From contig NC_134030.1 in assembly GCF_964204645.1 (NCBI RefSeq), positions 1,843,355 through 1,907,354 on the forward strand: a DNA stretch of 64,000 bases, in the 5' to 3' direction. The notes beneath the pieces are model-generated. The model was given only the letters and a program-made list of their open reading frames with translations. It was not told the origin of the DNA and made no database searches. Shown here one piece after another: positions 36,367 through 64,000 of this stretch (the stretch's first letter is position 1; the number at the start of each line of letters is the position of its first letter). This DNA is from Tubulanus polymorphus. Its lineage: Eukaryota; Animalia; Nemertea. The position numbers and the translations under genes are program-made.

Positions 36367-36590
36367 TTAGACTAAGAGAAGATACCTTGTTTCTCCGCAG
36401 TGGCCGAGGTCATTTTGTAAACTACTGCGATAAAATTTGTAATCAGTTCATTTCTTTAACTACCAGGTCTATTATCAGCTTGATCATGATCTTTAAAATT
36501 TAGTAATGTACATGGTAGATAGGCGGCAGGCCGAGTCAACGTTTAGACTCGGCAGAAATGAGAGAAACAAGGAATCAATCTTTTAACCTA
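36367..36590. mobile_element. MITE family B copy
   Basis: gataccttgtttctccgc ... gagaaacaaggaatc; internal sequence matches 4348-4573. Confidence 0.65.
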
Positions 36591-37748
36591 AGTTGAAAGC
36601 TTTTCGTGAAAGTGGACCCTGAAAGCCGTTTTAAACCTGTATTAAATTCTATCTTCGAATGAATGAATGAACGTTTGAACACATAATGGTAGAATGATAA
36701 TAACAAATATAGACAACACAATTATTCCAAAATATCGTCGTCAAATGAATAATTGTAGCCGATGATTTCATTGAGACGCGGCGCGGAGAGGAATCTTACA
36801 ACAACTATACAACGCTAAAGATGTATATACGAGATGTAAAAATTTTCTATACAACGCGTTTCTCTCTAATTACCTTCTAATTCATATAAATCATGTATAA
36901 ATATTCATATCAATATCAATATCAATATTATAATGAGTAAGTATTATTAATTGCTTTTGGTTTTTTTTTGGAATTATAATTATTTTTCTTAAGTTATTTT
37001 GAATACATGTTTTGTGTATTGGTGGCAATGGGATACGCGCAATCCTACTGCGGCAGTTGAGGATTCCTACTCTGGCAATCGAGGATCCACAAGGAGCGCT
37101 AGTAGTTAACAACACTACCACAACGGTCGAGGATCCACCAGGTTCTGTTAGCGTACGGTAGGACATTGATAAGAATGTTATCTCAATAATAGACAATGAG
37201 TTGAAGGGTGAAGACCGTACAGCCAGATGTACTGCGAGTAACGCCACCTGGTGGTATAACTCACATCCTACAAGCGTATCCCCTCGCGTTAAAGAGTATA
37301 AGAAGCCACAGTTATTTGTATGATATTATTTGAGGTCAACGAGTTGTATTCGGACAATAAAATTGAGCTAACAATAATAACCATACACACCGCATTCGTC
37401 TTCGGTCCGTCTGCCTGTTACTGCGATCTACACAGTCGCCATCTATCATCCACTTTATAAACTACAATCATTCACATCGGTACACACCGCACACGTCATT
37501 AAATGCCGCACACCAGTACACGTTGCACACCGGAACAAGCTACACAACGGTACACGTTCACACGGCGCACATGGTACACCCCAAACACTAGTTCACGCCA
37601 CACACGCCACACGCGTACGTGCATGCCGCACACTGGTACACGGGGCACACCACAAACGCTGCTCGCCACAATTTACCGCTTTAGGATAAAAATATTCCGT
37701 ATAAACATTTTGTAACGTTCCAGGTATTCCAGCTACCCATCTCGATAA

Positions 37749-64000
<26,252 letters not shown>

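Overview
AT-rich, intron-rich animal genomic DNA from a bilaterian invertebrate (lophotrochozoan is my guess; not provable here). Five protein-coding genes were assembled by hand from splice sites and homology. (1) The 3' half of a furin/kexin-family proprotein convertase (+, 147-3889) whose catalytic Ser aligns to Ala, so a candidate pseudoprotease. (2) A 60-aa secreted precursor of a probable amidated Tyr/Lys-rich peptide (+, 8919-9101). (3) TMEM145 (-, 28871 to at least 16207), with three tandem, diverged, intact phase-0 versions of the exon encoding half of the luminal GOLD-like domain, a likely mutually exclusive exon cassette. (4) A 5-exon, 132-aa prohormone-like precursor ending RRRR-PGCIHCN (+, 30147-31591), missed by the ORF track because its ATG is split by an intron. 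(5) capicua long isoform (-, from beyond 64000 to 37749). Introns and intergenic DNA hold many minisatellites, several MITE families and tRNA-derived heads. There are also minimal Penelope-type hammerhead ribozyme motifs, including an intact-looking pair in a perfect 212-bp palindrome in a capicua intron. Exon coordinates were read by eye and need transcript confirmation.
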